Assembly: GCA_964611285.1 (NCBI GenBank)
Contig: CAZSZY010000001.1
Span: 1,593 to 65,592, forward strand
Source of the DNA: an uncultured Methanosarcinales archaeon
Lineage (GTDB): Archaea > Nanobdellota > Nanobdellia > Woesearchaeales > SKGA01
Direction of reading: 5' to 3'
DNA: 64,000 nucleotides
Under the pieces are notes generated by a model. That model was not told where the DNA came from and made no database searches. It worked only from the letters and a program-made list of their open reading frames with translations. The position numbers and the translations under genes were made by a program. This document shows positions 29,045-38,691 of the stretch, one piece after another; within the stretch, counting starts at the first letter, position 1; every line of letters begins with the position of its first letter.

Positions 29045-30265
29045 ATGGGCATAGGTACGGCTATACGAAAACTTGTTGATATCAAGACTAAACAAGCAGT
29101 AGCTGTATGGGAATTTAATACAACCGATAAACTCATAGCGCCTCCGGCAACATACAAAAACACCATTATTGTTGGCACGCGAAAAGGAAGAGTCATGCAA
29201 CTAAACAATAAAGGTGAGATTATTTGGACGTTTCATCCTCATGAAAATGTCTCTTCACAAGAAGCATTATTCTTAGATGAAGATAATGTGTATGGTATTA
29301 ATGATGAGCCATTAATTTTTTCTAATGAAAATCAAGAACACATTTTAGTAGTTTCTGAGTTCGGCATATTGTATTGTCTTTCTAATGAAGGCAAGTTGGA
29401 ATGGAAAGTAGAAACAGATGGTCCTTTGCGAGCTTCACCAAAAATAAGTATGTTCTCTGCAAAAAGTGAGCGAATATTCTTGGGTTCTCATGACGGATTC
29501 GTATATATCGTCACATTAGAAGGAAAAGTTGAACACAAGTTTGAAGTGGGAACGCCTATTGAAACAAGACCGGTAATTACTGGTGAGCAAATTATTGTTG
29601 GAACGGCCAAGGGTGAAGTTGTCTCGCTTGACAGAGAAGGACGAATAAGTTGGCGATTTAAGACAGGCGATAAAATTGTAGCACACATGACTATTGCTGA
29701 ACTTCGAAGCGGTCAAGGATTAACTCTTCTTGTTGGTTCTCAAGATAAACAATTATATGCATTATCGCTTGATGGCGAACCACAATGGACCTTCCAAACA
29801 GAAGGAACTATTCTAGCACAACCCATAGCATTTGATATCAATAATGACGGACACAAGGAAATTCTTCTTGCATCATGCGATAACAGAATTTACTGCTTAA
29901 CAGCGTTTGGTGAAGAAATATGGAGTTATGAAACAGATTTCTGGATAACAACAGCACCACTAGTTGCAGATATTGATGGCGATGGAACCATAGAAGTAGT
30001 TGTAGGTAGCTTAGATAGTAAAGTATATGTCTTTGACGGTCAAGGCAGCTATAAATTAGATTACATTCCTGGACTGGGCGGCATAGTACACCAAACAGGC
30101 CATTATTCAGGTAATATGAATAAAGATGTTGGTAAAAATCAAGGAAAGCTCTTATGTGAGTTCCAAACAGATAATGATGTTGTTGGCTGTACATACTTAA
30201 AAAGCAGCAAAACAATCATTGCAGGGACCAAAAAAGGGAAAATATATAATATAAAAGTTAATTAA
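29045..30265 (+). CDS. PQQ-like beta-propeller repeat protein
   Basis: 406 aa with repeated roughly 40-aa blades of the form hhhGoxDGxhYxhD, for example VVVGSLDSKVYVFDGQG and LLASCDNRIYCL. Confidence 0.6.
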   Translation: MGIGTAIRKLVDIKTKQAVAVWEFNTTDKLIAPPATYKNTIIVGTRKGRVMQLNNKGEIIWTFHPHENVSSQEALFLDEDNVYGINDEPLIFSNENQEHILVVSEFGILYCLSNEGKLEWKVETDGPLRASPKISMFSAKSERIFLGSHDGFVYIVTLEGKVEHKFEVGTPIETRPVITGEQIIVGTAKGEVVSLDREGRISWRFKTGDKIVAHMTIAELRSGQGLTLLVGSQDKQLYALSLDGEPQWTFQTEGTILAQPIAFDINNDGHKEILLASCDNRIYCLTAFGEEIWSYETDFWITTAPLVADIDGDGTIEVVVGSLDSKVYVFDGQGSYKLDYIPGLGGIVHQTGHYSGNMNKDVGKNQGKLLCEFQTDNDVVGCTYLKSSKTIIAGTKKGKIYNIKVN

Positions 30266-30270
30266 AAGGA

Positions 30271-31101
30271 GTGAGAGGTGAGTTTTACGTGGCTGAGCCA
30301 ATTGTAAAAAATAAAAAAGAGATTCTTCGTGTGAAAACACACATCAAGGGCTTGGATGACCAAATGCAAGGAGGTATTCCTAAAGGTCACATAACACTAA
30401 TAGCGGGCTCTGCCGGTACCATGAAATCTTCTGTAGCATTTAACATCTTGTATAATGAAACAGTACAAAATAAGATGACTGGTCTTTACATCTCTTTAGA
30501 GCAATCCTATTCATCAATTATTAATCATGTTATTAACATGGATTATGACTTGACAAAAATCAATCTTGTTATTATACGTGAACTTGCAAGACTTGAAGAA
30601 GATATAGCAAAAATGAAGCCAGGTCAAGGTAATTTGCTTATTGTTGATGTTGGTTGTATTCGTAAAGAAATTAAAGATGTTAAGCTTGAAGAGAATAGAA
30701 GTTGGCTTAATGTTATTAAGAACGTTGTGAAGAAAATTAAAGCAGAAAAACCAGTTGATCTATTCGTATTAGATTCGCTAAGTGCATTATATGTTCTGTC
30801 TAAGTTTAACAATCCACGTATTGAATTATTCTATATTTTTGAATTCCTTCGTGACTTAAATATCACGTCATTTATGATAACAGAAACTCCTTTGGATGGA
30901 TTAAAGATTGGAGAGTATGATGAAGATTTCTTATCCGATGGTATAATGTATATTCGTTTGAATTCTTATCGTCGTAAACAAATTAGAGAAATTAGCATTC
31001 TGAAAATGAGAACTACAAGTTGTAACCACGACACATTTAGTTTGGAATTCAAGAATGGCGCGTTCTATGCAGAATATGGTGGACAAAACCCTCTTATGTA
31101 G
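30271..31101 (+). CDS. KaiC/RadA-like RecA-superfamily ATPase with a degenerate Walker A
   Basis: 276 aa. The segment GLDDQMQGGIPKGHITLIAGSAGTMKSS matches the KaiC-like pattern GLDelLgGGipkGs..LisGgpGtGKT. The second Gly of the P-loop is replaced by Met. Walker B is LFVLDS. Confidence 0.55.
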   Translation: MRGEFYVAEPIVKNKKEILRVKTHIKGLDDQMQGGIPKGHITLIAGSAGTMKSSVAFNILYNETVQNKMTGLYISLEQSYSSIINHVINMDYDLTKINLVIIRELARLEEDIAKMKPGQGNLLIVDVGCIRKEIKDVKLEENRSWLNVIKNVVKKIKAEKPVDLFVLDSLSALYVLSKFNNPRIELFYIFEFLRDLNITSFMITETPLDGLKIGEYDEDFLSDGIMYIRLNSYRRKQIREISILKMRTTSCNHDTFSLEFKNGAFYAEYGGQNPLM

Positions 31102-31156
31102 GGTTTAATTTTTTTCATTTTTTATATTAATCTAACAAAGGCGAATATAAAAATAA

Positions 31157-33082
31157 TTAGAAATATGCTATGTCTTCATCTGTTCTAATTCCTTCTATAA
31201 TTAAATAGTTCCACAAAAGCCCTTTGACTTTATCTATTTTTACTTGAAATCCATTTTCAGAGAATATTTGCTTTAATGCAGGCAAATCTTTTAGCAAATC
31301 ATTATTCGGAATAAATTTGTACAGATCAATATATTCAAAAAAACGAATTGTGGCATTTTCAGGAACCAATGTTTTAATCTGACGTAAATAATCCGGCAAG
31401 TCTCTAAGTAAGCTAAGCATACCAATACTAAGAACGACATGAGCTTCCTTAATCTCGGGATGGGTTCTAGAAATAAGATGTTCATCAAAAAGAACCTCTG
31501 ATTTTGGAAAACGTTTTTGCAAATAAGCAACAAGTTTTTCAGAATGCTCAACAATAATTATATTCTCTTCTGAAAAAGGAATTTCTTTCACGAGTAAACC
31601 AGAACCAGCACCTAAAAAAAGAACTTTGTGATGAGGTTCGATTCTTTCAAGAAGTTTTCGTCTAATTCTTCGTGGTAAAAATAATCTCTCCAAGATTTTT
31701 GAAAGTTCTAATGTTTTATTCTGAAATGTTATGGACGCTTTTGGATTATGATAAAAGTTCATCAATAAATAAACAGGAATTCCTAAAATAATAAAAGATC
31801 CTATAATGCCAATTACTTCTAAGGCGTTAGTGGCATTTCTTGCCCACATTAAAAGTAGAACTACTGAAAAAGAAATAAGAAACCAAGGGCCAATTTTTCC
31901 TCCGGGGGCTTTGTAACCATCAAATGAAGGATGTTTTTTCCTGATAAAAATAAGACTAAGCACAACACTCGCATAAAGAACTAATACCATAGGAACTAAT
32001 AGATGGAGTAGTTTCTCATAATTCCCCGCACCAACTACAACAATTGCAGAAGTAACTATGGCTTGGAAGATGATTGCTTTGTAAGGAGTATTATTTTTTT
32101 TGTGTTTATCTGCAAAGTGAGAGACGAACAATTTATCTTTAGCTAGTGCAACCAATAAATTTGGCGATGCAACAATCCATCCAGCCACACTCCCTATTAT
32201 TGCTAAATATACTAAAATACTATAAAATGGTCCTGCTGCCGAACCATAAACAGCTGTTGCAAGAGCAGTTAAGGGAGCTTCAGATGTTGCCAGTACACTC
32301 CAATGTAAGATGCTTTTACTTGCTATGACAAATAGTAAAGAAAGAACAGAAATAATAATTGTTCCTCGAACTAAGGCGCGAGGCATTACTCGTTTTGGGT
32401 TTTCTACTTCTTCTGCTAAGAAAGTTGCTGTTTCCCATCCAAAAAAAGTTTCTGCAATAAAAAAGATTGTTCCAAAAATAATCACCAAACCACCAAAAAC
32501 ACCTCCTGCGGAGAGATTTAAACCGACAAAACTTGTATGTGAAAGCCAACCAGTAAAATTTGCTGGATTAAAATTAATTAACCCAGGAATAAGTATTCCT
32601 AAAATAGCAAGAAGCGTGAATCCTGAAAAAGTCAAGAGCATGACTTTGCTAGTTTTCATGCCTTTAAATGCCATGAGATTAAATGCTAAAATAAAAAATA
32701 CACTGATACCTATTACCACTAGATTTGAAAGTGCAGGACCAACATATTTTATTGCTCCTACCATAAGCATGGCAATAGTAATATTAGCAGAAATTATTGT
32801 TACCCATCCTAGAATAAAACTCGGAAAAAAACCAAAAGCTGCTTTGGCATATTCGTAAACACCACCTTCTTTGGGATAGCGACTTACTAATTCTCCAAAA
32901 ATAGTACTGTAATAAATTGCTATAAGACCCATAATAGCCCAAGATACTATTGCAAAAAGTCCTGCTTCTCGAGCTCCAACAGCAGGGAGGAAAAATATTC
33001 CCGTTCCCACAATACTATTTATTGCTATAAAAAGTATAACTATAAAAGACCATTTCCTCGGAGAATTGGCTTCAGAAACCAT
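31157..33082 (-). CDS. Fusion protein: APC-family amino-acid/polyamine permease (N-terminal ~440 aa, 12 TM) plus a C-terminal class I SAM-dependent methyltransferase/spermidine-synthase-like domain
   Basis: 641 aa. The permease part has the APC-like motif GTGIFFLP near the N-terminus. The C-terminal domain has motif I HKVLFLGAGSGLL and post-I IIIVEHSEKL. Confidence 0.5.
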   Translation of the reverse strand: MVSEANSPRKWSFIVILFIAINSIVGTGIFFLPAVGAREAGLFAIVSWAIMGLIAIYYSTIFGELVSRYPKEGGVYEYAKAAFGFFPSFILGWVTIISANITIAMLMVGAIKYVGPALSNLVVIGISVFFILAFNLMAFKGMKTSKVMLLTFSGFTLLAILGILIPGLINFNPANFTGWLSHTSFVGLNLSAGGVFGGLVIIFGTIFFIAETFFGWETATFLAEEVENPKRVMPRALVRGTIIISVLSLLFVIASKSILHWSVLATSEAPLTALATAVYGSAAGPFYSILVYLAIIGSVAGWIVASPNLLVALAKDKLFVSHFADKHKKNNTPYKAIIFQAIVTSAIVVVGAGNYEKLLHLLVPMVLVLYASVVLSLIFIRKKHPSFDGYKAPGGKIGPWFLISFSVVLLLMWARNATNALEVIGIIGSFIILGIPVYLLMNFYHNPKASITFQNKTLELSKILERLFLPRRIRRKLLERIEPHHKVLFLGAGSGLLVKEIPFSEENIIIVEHSEKLVAYLQKRFPKSEVLFDEHLISRTHPEIKEAHVVLSIGMLSLLRDLPDYLRQIKTLVPENATIRFFEYIDLYKFIPNNDLLKDLPALKQIFSENGFQVKIDKVKGLLWNYLIIEGIRTDEDIAYF

Positions 33083-33174
33083 ATAGTGATATTTTAGGGC
33101 AATCCCTTTTTAAATATTATTAAACATGTGATTGAGAAGCAAGATTTAAGTATGCTGTTCAATTTTCTTATTTT

Positions 33175-34398
33175 ATGAAATTCGTACACTTTGCAGATTG
33201 CCACCTTGATGGGTATCGTGAGGAAAAACTCGCTCGTTTGGGTTTTGAGCATTTTGTGAGTGTTATTACTTTTGCTCTTGAAAAAAAGGTTGACTTTGTT
33301 CTGCTCGCAGGAGACTTGTTTAACACCGCTCTTCCTCGTGTTGATACATTAAAAGATGTTGTTGAGCAGCTTAAGCGATTGCAAGATGGGAGCATTCCTG
33401 TCTATGCAATTGCCGGTAGTCATGACTTTTCTCCTCATGGAAAGACTATGTTTGATGTATTAGAGAAAGCAGGACTTCTTATTAACGTAATGAAAGGAGA
33501 TATTGATATTCAAGGAAGACTGCAATTACAATTTACTATTGATGAAAAAACTAAAGCCCATATCACCGGTATCATTGGTAAGAAAGGCATGCTAGATAAA
33601 CAACTCTACGAAGATTTAGCGCCAATAAAACCAGTGGAAGGCGTTCCAAATATTTTCTTGTTTCACACAAGCATTACAGAACTTAAACCTAAAAACTTAG
33701 AGCTTATGGAAAGTGCAGAAATTTCTATTCTTCCTGCTGGATTTGATTATTATGCTGGGGGTCATGTACATATTGTTAAAGAGTTTTCTAGCTTAAGTTA
33801 TCAAAACGTAGTATATCCAGGACCAACTTTTCCAAATAATTTCGCAGAACTTGAAAAATTACAACACGGAAGTTTTGTGTTTTATGATAGTGAAGAAAAT
33901 TTTGGTGGTAAACATTTCAAGCATGTTTTCATTGAAAAAAAACCAGTTATGTCATTCGTTATCGATGCTGATGGGAAAACACCTGTGCAAGTGGAAGAAA
34001 ATATTCGAGATGTAGTCAAAGGTAAAGAATTGCAAAACGTCATCCTACTTTTTCGTTTTGTAGGTAAACTTTCAGAAGGTAAAACACAAGATATTGATTT
34101 TAAAACTGTGTTTCAGGAATTGTATACTAAAGGAGTGTTTATTGTTTTGCGCAATACTGATAATTTAAGTTCTCCTCTCTTTGAAGAAATAGAAGTAAAA
34201 GATGGTACTGCTGAGGAAATTGAAGCAGAAACAATTACAGAACATCTTAATCAAATTCCTCTTCCTAAAAACTTAAATGAACAAGATATTATTGAGAAAT
34301 TGATTAAAGAACTTTCCATTGAGCAAATGGATGGTGAAAAGAAATCAACATTTGTTGAACGTATTGAAAAAACCGCTAAAGAAATTCTAGAAAAATAA
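33175..34398 (+). CDS. Mre11/SbcD-family calcineurin-like metallophosphoesterase (DNA repair nuclease-like)
   Basis: 407 aa. The phosphoesterase motifs are FADCHLD, LLAGDLFN, AIAGSHDF and GGHVHI. No Rad50 gene is adjacent. Confidence 0.55.
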   Translation: MKFVHFADCHLDGYREEKLARLGFEHFVSVITFALEKKVDFVLLAGDLFNTALPRVDTLKDVVEQLKRLQDGSIPVYAIAGSHDFSPHGKTMFDVLEKAGLLINVMKGDIDIQGRLQLQFTIDEKTKAHITGIIGKKGMLDKQLYEDLAPIKPVEGVPNIFLFHTSITELKPKNLELMESAEISILPAGFDYYAGGHVHIVKEFSSLSYQNVVYPGPTFPNNFAELEKLQHGSFVFYDSEENFGGKHFKHVFIEKKPVMSFVIDADGKTPVQVEENIRDVVKGKELQNVILLFRFVGKLSEGKTQDIDFKTVFQELYTKGVFIVLRNTDNLSSPLFEEIEVKDGTAEEIEAETITEHLNQIPLPKNLNEQDIIEKLIKELSIEQMDGEKKSTFVERIEKTAKEILEK

Positions 34399-34428
34399 AA
34401 AATAAAAGAAAAATTAATGTTTTTAACA

Positions 34429-35724
34429 TTAAGGTTTGAATCTTGTGGGTGTTCTTGGAAATGGTATTGCATCTTTAATACTATCAAGTCCGCAGATCCA
34501 TGCAATCACTCGTTCTACTCCTACACCGTAACCGCTATGTGGTACGCTACCGAATTTTCGCAGGTCAAAATACCAATCATAGTCTGCTGGGTCTTCTCCT
34601 TCTGCTGCAAGTCGATCACTCATATCCTTAACATCAAGACTTCGCTCACTTCCGCCTACAATTTCTGTTCCAATGCCAGGTGCTAACATGTCAAAGCATA
34701 GTGCTTCGTCAGGAAATTCTGGGTCTCGTGGTTTGTAAAAACCCATTGCAACGACTGGATAATGTGTAACTATGCAAGGCGTGTCAAAATGTTGCATGAT
34801 TGCTCGCTCTTCTTCTGTTCGAAGATCTTTTCCAAAGGGAACATCAATACCATCTTTTTCTTTAATCATTGCAACTGCATCTCGATATTTGATGCTCGGC
34901 CAGTCTTTCTCGCACATTGCAATAAGTGCTTGTGGATCTTGTTCTAAAAATTCAAAATCTTCTGCTCGCTCTTCTGCGCATTTTTTGACGCAGTATTTGA
35001 GTTCTTCTTTTGCAAATGCAGTAACTTCTGGTAGTTGCATCCATGCTGCTTCCATTTCTGCCATCCAAAATTCGCTTAAGTGACGTGACGTATTACTTTT
35101 TTCTGCACGAAACGTTGGTCCCATGTCGTAGATTTTTTCTAGTGCAAAAATTCCTGCTTCGCCGTATAACTGCCAAGTTTGTGCCAAATATGTTTTGTCT
35201 TGATAGTATTTTACTTCAAAAACCGTGCTTCCACCCTCACTTTGTGAAGGTTGTAGTATTGGCGTATCAAATCTAAAAAATCCTTGTTGTTTATAAAATT
35301 CATCTCTAGCTTGCACATAGCTACTTCGAATTTTCATAATTGCTGTAAGTCGTCGGCTTCTAAGAGAAAGATGTCGTTTGTCCAGCAAGAATTCTTGGCT
35401 TTGGTCTTTTCCTATTGGAAATTGATCGCTTTCACCAACGACAGTAAATTCTTTTACTGCAATTTCATAACCACTTGGCGCTCGCTCATCTTTTTTGATA
35501 GTGCCTGTTATCTTCATACTTGCTTCGATTTGCAGTTTACCTGCAATGTCAAATTGTTCATCGCCAATAACATCTCGTTCTATAACACATTGTATAATTG
35601 CCGAGCTATCTCTAAGTACGATAAATTGTAGTTTTTTACTGCCTCGTTCTCTATAGACCCAACCGCGAATGGAAACTTCTCCTTCGCCCTGAGCCATTGC
35701 TTCTTTTATTGATTGGTATGTCAT
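34429..35724 (-). CDS. asnS: Asparaginyl-tRNA synthetase (class IIb). AsnRS is favoured over archaeal-type AspRS
   Basis: About 431 aa from the likely start MTYQSIKEAM at 35724; the drawn ORF extends to 35784. It has an N-terminal OB fold. Motif 3 is GSVPHSGYGVGVERVIAWICG. The GGSERSLDV segment resembles the AsnRS GGSQRE motif. Confidence 0.65.
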   Translation of the reverse strand: MTYQSIKEAMAQGEGEVSIRGWVYRERGSKKLQFIVLRDSSAIIQCVIERDVIGDEQFDIAGKLQIEASMKITGTIKKDERAPSGYEIAVKEFTVVGESDQFPIGKDQSQEFLLDKRHLSLRSRRLTAIMKIRSSYVQARDEFYKQQGFFRFDTPILQPSQSEGGSTVFEVKYYQDKTYLAQTWQLYGEAGIFALEKIYDMGPTFRAEKSNTSRHLSEFWMAEMEAAWMQLPEVTAFAKEELKYCVKKCAEERAEDFEFLEQDPQALIAMCEKDWPSIKYRDAVAMIKEKDGIDVPFGKDLRTEEERAIMQHFDTPCIVTHYPVVAMGFYKPRDPEFPDEALCFDMLAPGIGTEIVGGSERSLDVKDMSDRLAAEGEDPADYDWYFDLRKFGSVPHSGYGVGVERVIAWICGLDSIKDAIPFPRTPTRFKP

Positions 35725-35972
35725 TTTTGTTTCCTCATATTGTTTATTTTGATTTTTTGGAAAATGAATGATAAATATAAGCACAATACTCCTTAATAAG
35801 AGTTTGTATTAACTGCCTACAAGGGCTAGAAAGTGGTTTTATGCACGATTAATTACACTATACACTACTTGAAGCATTGACTTGTCCTTGTCCGTTGTTG
35901 TATAGTATGCGTACATCTTAAGATAAAATAATCATAACTCATTTATAAATTTTGGCAGTATAATTAAGAGAA

Positions 35973-36272
35973 TTAAAAAAGAAATTTGTAAGACGCGGGA
36001 AAATTAGGAGTATTAACTTGGTGTCCTATAACAATGCCTTCCCCAACTTCAAGAGCTTCTACGTCTTCTTTACAATCAAACTTTTTCTTAAGAGCATAAG
36101 AAATAAAGTTGTTTACAAATTCATCGCGAGCAAAAAATAATACACTGCCGCGTTTTACAGAATATCTTCCAAACATATGTTTAAGATGTATTTGGTATGC
36201 GACATCTCTTTCAAGCTCCTCGCCAAAGGTCTCTTTTAGACATTCTAAGAGTGGCTCAATTTCGGGTTTCAT
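35973..36272 (-). CDS. Hypothetical small protein
   Basis: 99-aa ORF with no motif. Confidence 0.25.
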   Translation of the reverse strand: MKPEIEPLLECLKETFGEELERDVAYQIHLKHMFGRYSVKRGSVLFFARDEFVNNFISYALKKKFDCKEDVEALEVGEGIVIGHQVNTPNFPASYKFLF

Positions 36273-36590
36273 ATACTCGCCAAACCCTCTGCTAAATGGA
36301 GCAATATGTGCTATTGAAAATTCTTGAGAAGGAATAATAATATTTAATTCAGAGTAAGCGCTTTTTCAAGCATTTCCTTGGAGTTCTTTCATTTCTTTTT
36401 TGACAAGACCGCCAAGAGTATCGAATGTATCAAATAATTCAGGAGATATCCTGTTGTTTTTCAGTTCGGGGATTTGTAAAACGAATAATCTGTTCATGTA
36501 AAAATAGCTAAATGTAATCGCACTTTTAAAACTAATGGCGTCTTTTATAAACAAAGAATTATAAATGACAAAATAAAAAAAATAGATAAC

Positions 36591-37121
36591 ATGGTTTTTA
36601 TTGATATTACTAAAACTGATTATTTAATGAGTAATCAAAGAAGATTTATTGAACTTATTATTTATGCAAGCAGCGCATTTCTAATTCCATTTTTACTCGG
36701 TCATCCGCAATGGCTAGTAGGTATTCTCGTAAATACGTCTTTAGTGCTTGCAGGTCTTAACTTAAAGAAACATAATTTACTTCCCGTGATCATTCTTCCT
36801 AGTATCGCAGTATTAACAAAAGGATTAATTTTTGGACCATTTACTGTTTTTTTACTTTACTTCATCCCTTCAATTTGGATAGGTAATGCCTTACTTACTC
36901 TTTCCATGAAGTTAAAGATGAATAAATGGATTAAACTCACTATGGGAGTTGCATCTAAAACTGTTCTTCTCGGAGTGACTGCACTAGTACTTGTTAATTT
37001 TAATGTTGTTCCTGAATTATTTTTGGCAGTTATGGGTTTAACTCAGCTATATACTGCAATTGGCGGGGGCTTTCTTGCATTTAGCATTCACGAAATTAAG
37101 AAACGAGCGTTAACAAAATGA
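36591..37121 (+). CDS. Small polytopic membrane protein, translationally coupled to the hydrogenase-like gene
   Basis: 176 aa with 5 TM helices. Its stop overlaps the start of 37118..38167 (ATGA). Confidence 0.35.
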   Translation: MVFIDITKTDYLMSNQRRFIELIIYASSAFLIPFLLGHPQWLVGILVNTSLVLAGLNLKKHNLLPVIILPSIAVLTKGLIFGPFTVFLLYFIPSIWIGNALLTLSMKLKMNKWIKLTMGVASKTVLLGVTALVLVNFNVVPELFLAVMGLTQLYTAIGGGFLAFSIHEIKKRALTK

Positions 37122-38167
37122 AGAATTTCATAATTAATCTTGTTGTAGATAAAAAAAAGTGCATTGGCTGTAAGCTTTGCGTTAATGCTTGCCCTGTAAA
37201 TGCAATCACTATTATTGATAAAAAAGCATTTATTGATAACGATAAATGTATTAGCTGTGGAAAATGTGATATTGTTTGTCCTGTAGATGCTATTAACTTT
37301 CCAACAGATGTGACAAAAATTGAGGAAATGTTTGTTAACAATGAAAAAATCTTTTTGCTCGTTGCTCCTTCTTTTGTTGTTCATTATGGAAGTGAAATTC
37401 CCGACTTACTTTTAGATTGGCGAAGTTGTGGCTTTGATAAAATTGCTGAAATTACTTATGGTGCAAAACTGGTAACAGAAAGATATCAACATCTTATCAA
37501 AGAAAAAAAAGAAGCGAGATATATTACATCAACTTGCCCTGTAACCTTTGACTACATCTTCAAATACGAAGAACATAACATAAAACATGTTGCTCCTATT
37601 GTTTCTCCAATGGTTGCTATGGGTATGGCAACAAAGAAATATTTTCCTGAGCATAAAACAGTATTTGTTGGTCCTTGTCCTGCTAAAATTGTTGAGGGCC
37701 GAGAATATGAAGCTATTGATGCTGCGTTAACATTTTTGCAGTTCGACAAATTATTGTCTAAGTATAGAAATAAAATAACTGTTGAAGAAAATGATCATTC
37801 GAAGTCGTTTGATAACTTTTACAATAATAGAAACAAAATCTATCCTCGCTCTGGCGGTCTATCTAAAATTATGACTGAACACGGCGTTCTTCATGACGGA
37901 CAATACATCGTAAGAGATGGCGTTCTAAGTATTAACGAATTGTTCTCCAGCGAAGTTCCTTTAGAAATAATATTTGTTGATATCTTGTTCTGTCCTGGTG
38001 GTTGTATAGGTGGCCCTGGGTTAAAATCAGTTCTCACAACTGAAGAAAAAATGCATTTCGTTGATGAATACAGAGAAAAAACAAGAGAAAGTGATGAAAA
38101 ACTCATTCAAAAATTTAATTTTGAATTAGTAGATGATTTTGACTTAACTCCTTGTTTCTTCAAATAA
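37118..38167 (+). CDS. 2x[4Fe-4S] ferredoxin domain fused to an [FeFe]-hydrogenase H-cluster-like domain (HydA/Narf-like, with atypical motif L1)
   Basis: 349 aa. There are two CxxCxxCxxxCP ferredoxin motifs (CIGCKLCVNACP, CISCGKCDIVCP). H-cluster motif equivalents are L1 TSTCP (canonical TSCCP), L2 PCPAKIVE (PCxxKxxE) and L3 FCPGGCIGGPG (ACPGGCxxGGGQ). Confidence 0.6.
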   Translation: MKNFIINLVVDKKKCIGCKLCVNACPVNAITIIDKKAFIDNDKCISCGKCDIVCPVDAINFPTDVTKIEEMFVNNEKIFLLVAPSFVVHYGSEIPDLLLDWRSCGFDKIAEITYGAKLVTERYQHLIKEKKEARYITSTCPVTFDYIFKYEEHNIKHVAPIVSPMVAMGMATKKYFPEHKTVFVGPCPAKIVEGREYEAIDAALTFLQFDKLLSKYRNKITVEENDHSKSFDNFYNNRNKIYPRSGGLSKIMTEHGVLHDGQYIVRDGVLSINELFSSEVPLEIIFVDILFCPGGCIGGPGLKSVLTTEEKMHFVDEYREKTRESDEKLIQKFNFELVDDFDLTPCFFK

Positions 38168-38600
38168 AAAAAGCAGCTAATTTCAAAACATCAGATATGT
38201 CGTCCCAACCACTAGAAGAAGAAGTGGCGCCTTGTTGTTGTAGACAAGACTGATAATCATAAGCTAGAGATTGACATTCGGCAACTAAAGAATTAAATTC
38301 TTCCTCATAATAATCTAAATCATAAGAAGCACGATTATAATCTCCTGTTAAAGAATTATATTCACTTAACAATTCATTATAGTCATCTACTAAATCATTA
38401 TAATCATCAAGTAAAAGAGTGGAATTCAAAACCAACGCATTATAATCTTCTTCTAAAATGTCATGATCCGCTTGCAGAAGAAGGTTATCTTCGTTTGAAA
38501 CTAATTGATTAGAAATTTGAAACATAATAATACACAAAAAAACACCTGAAACTACCAAAAAAACATAAAAAGCAGTTTTGTAAGATTTTTGATGCTTCAC
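38160..38600 (-). CDS. Secreted/anchored low-complexity protein with DYN-type heptad repeats
   Basis: 146 aa. It has an N-terminal TM/signal and repeats DDYNDLVDDYNELLSEYNSLTGDYNRASYDLDYY. Confidence 0.35.
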   Translation of the reverse strand: MKHQKSYKTAFYVFLVVSGVFLCIIMFQISNQLVSNEDNLLLQADHDILEEDYNALVLNSTLLLDDYNDLVDDYNELLSEYNSLTGDYNRASYDLDYYEEEFNSLVAECQSLAYDYQSCLQQQGATSSSSGWDDISDVLKLAAFFI

Positions 38601-38691
38601 AAGTAAAATCTAGAGAAGGAAGTTATTTAAAACTACCTATAAGGGTAAATAATGAGTTATTTTATAAGTCAAAACGGCTTTCCAATAAAAT

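Noticed and set aside
34429-35784. Long N-terminal extension (MLIFIIHFPKNQNKQYEETK) of the AsnRS ORF
   Set aside because: Class IIb synthetases begin at the OB fold. The internal Met (MTYQSIKEAM, at 35724) is the more plausible start, so the extension is probably untranslated
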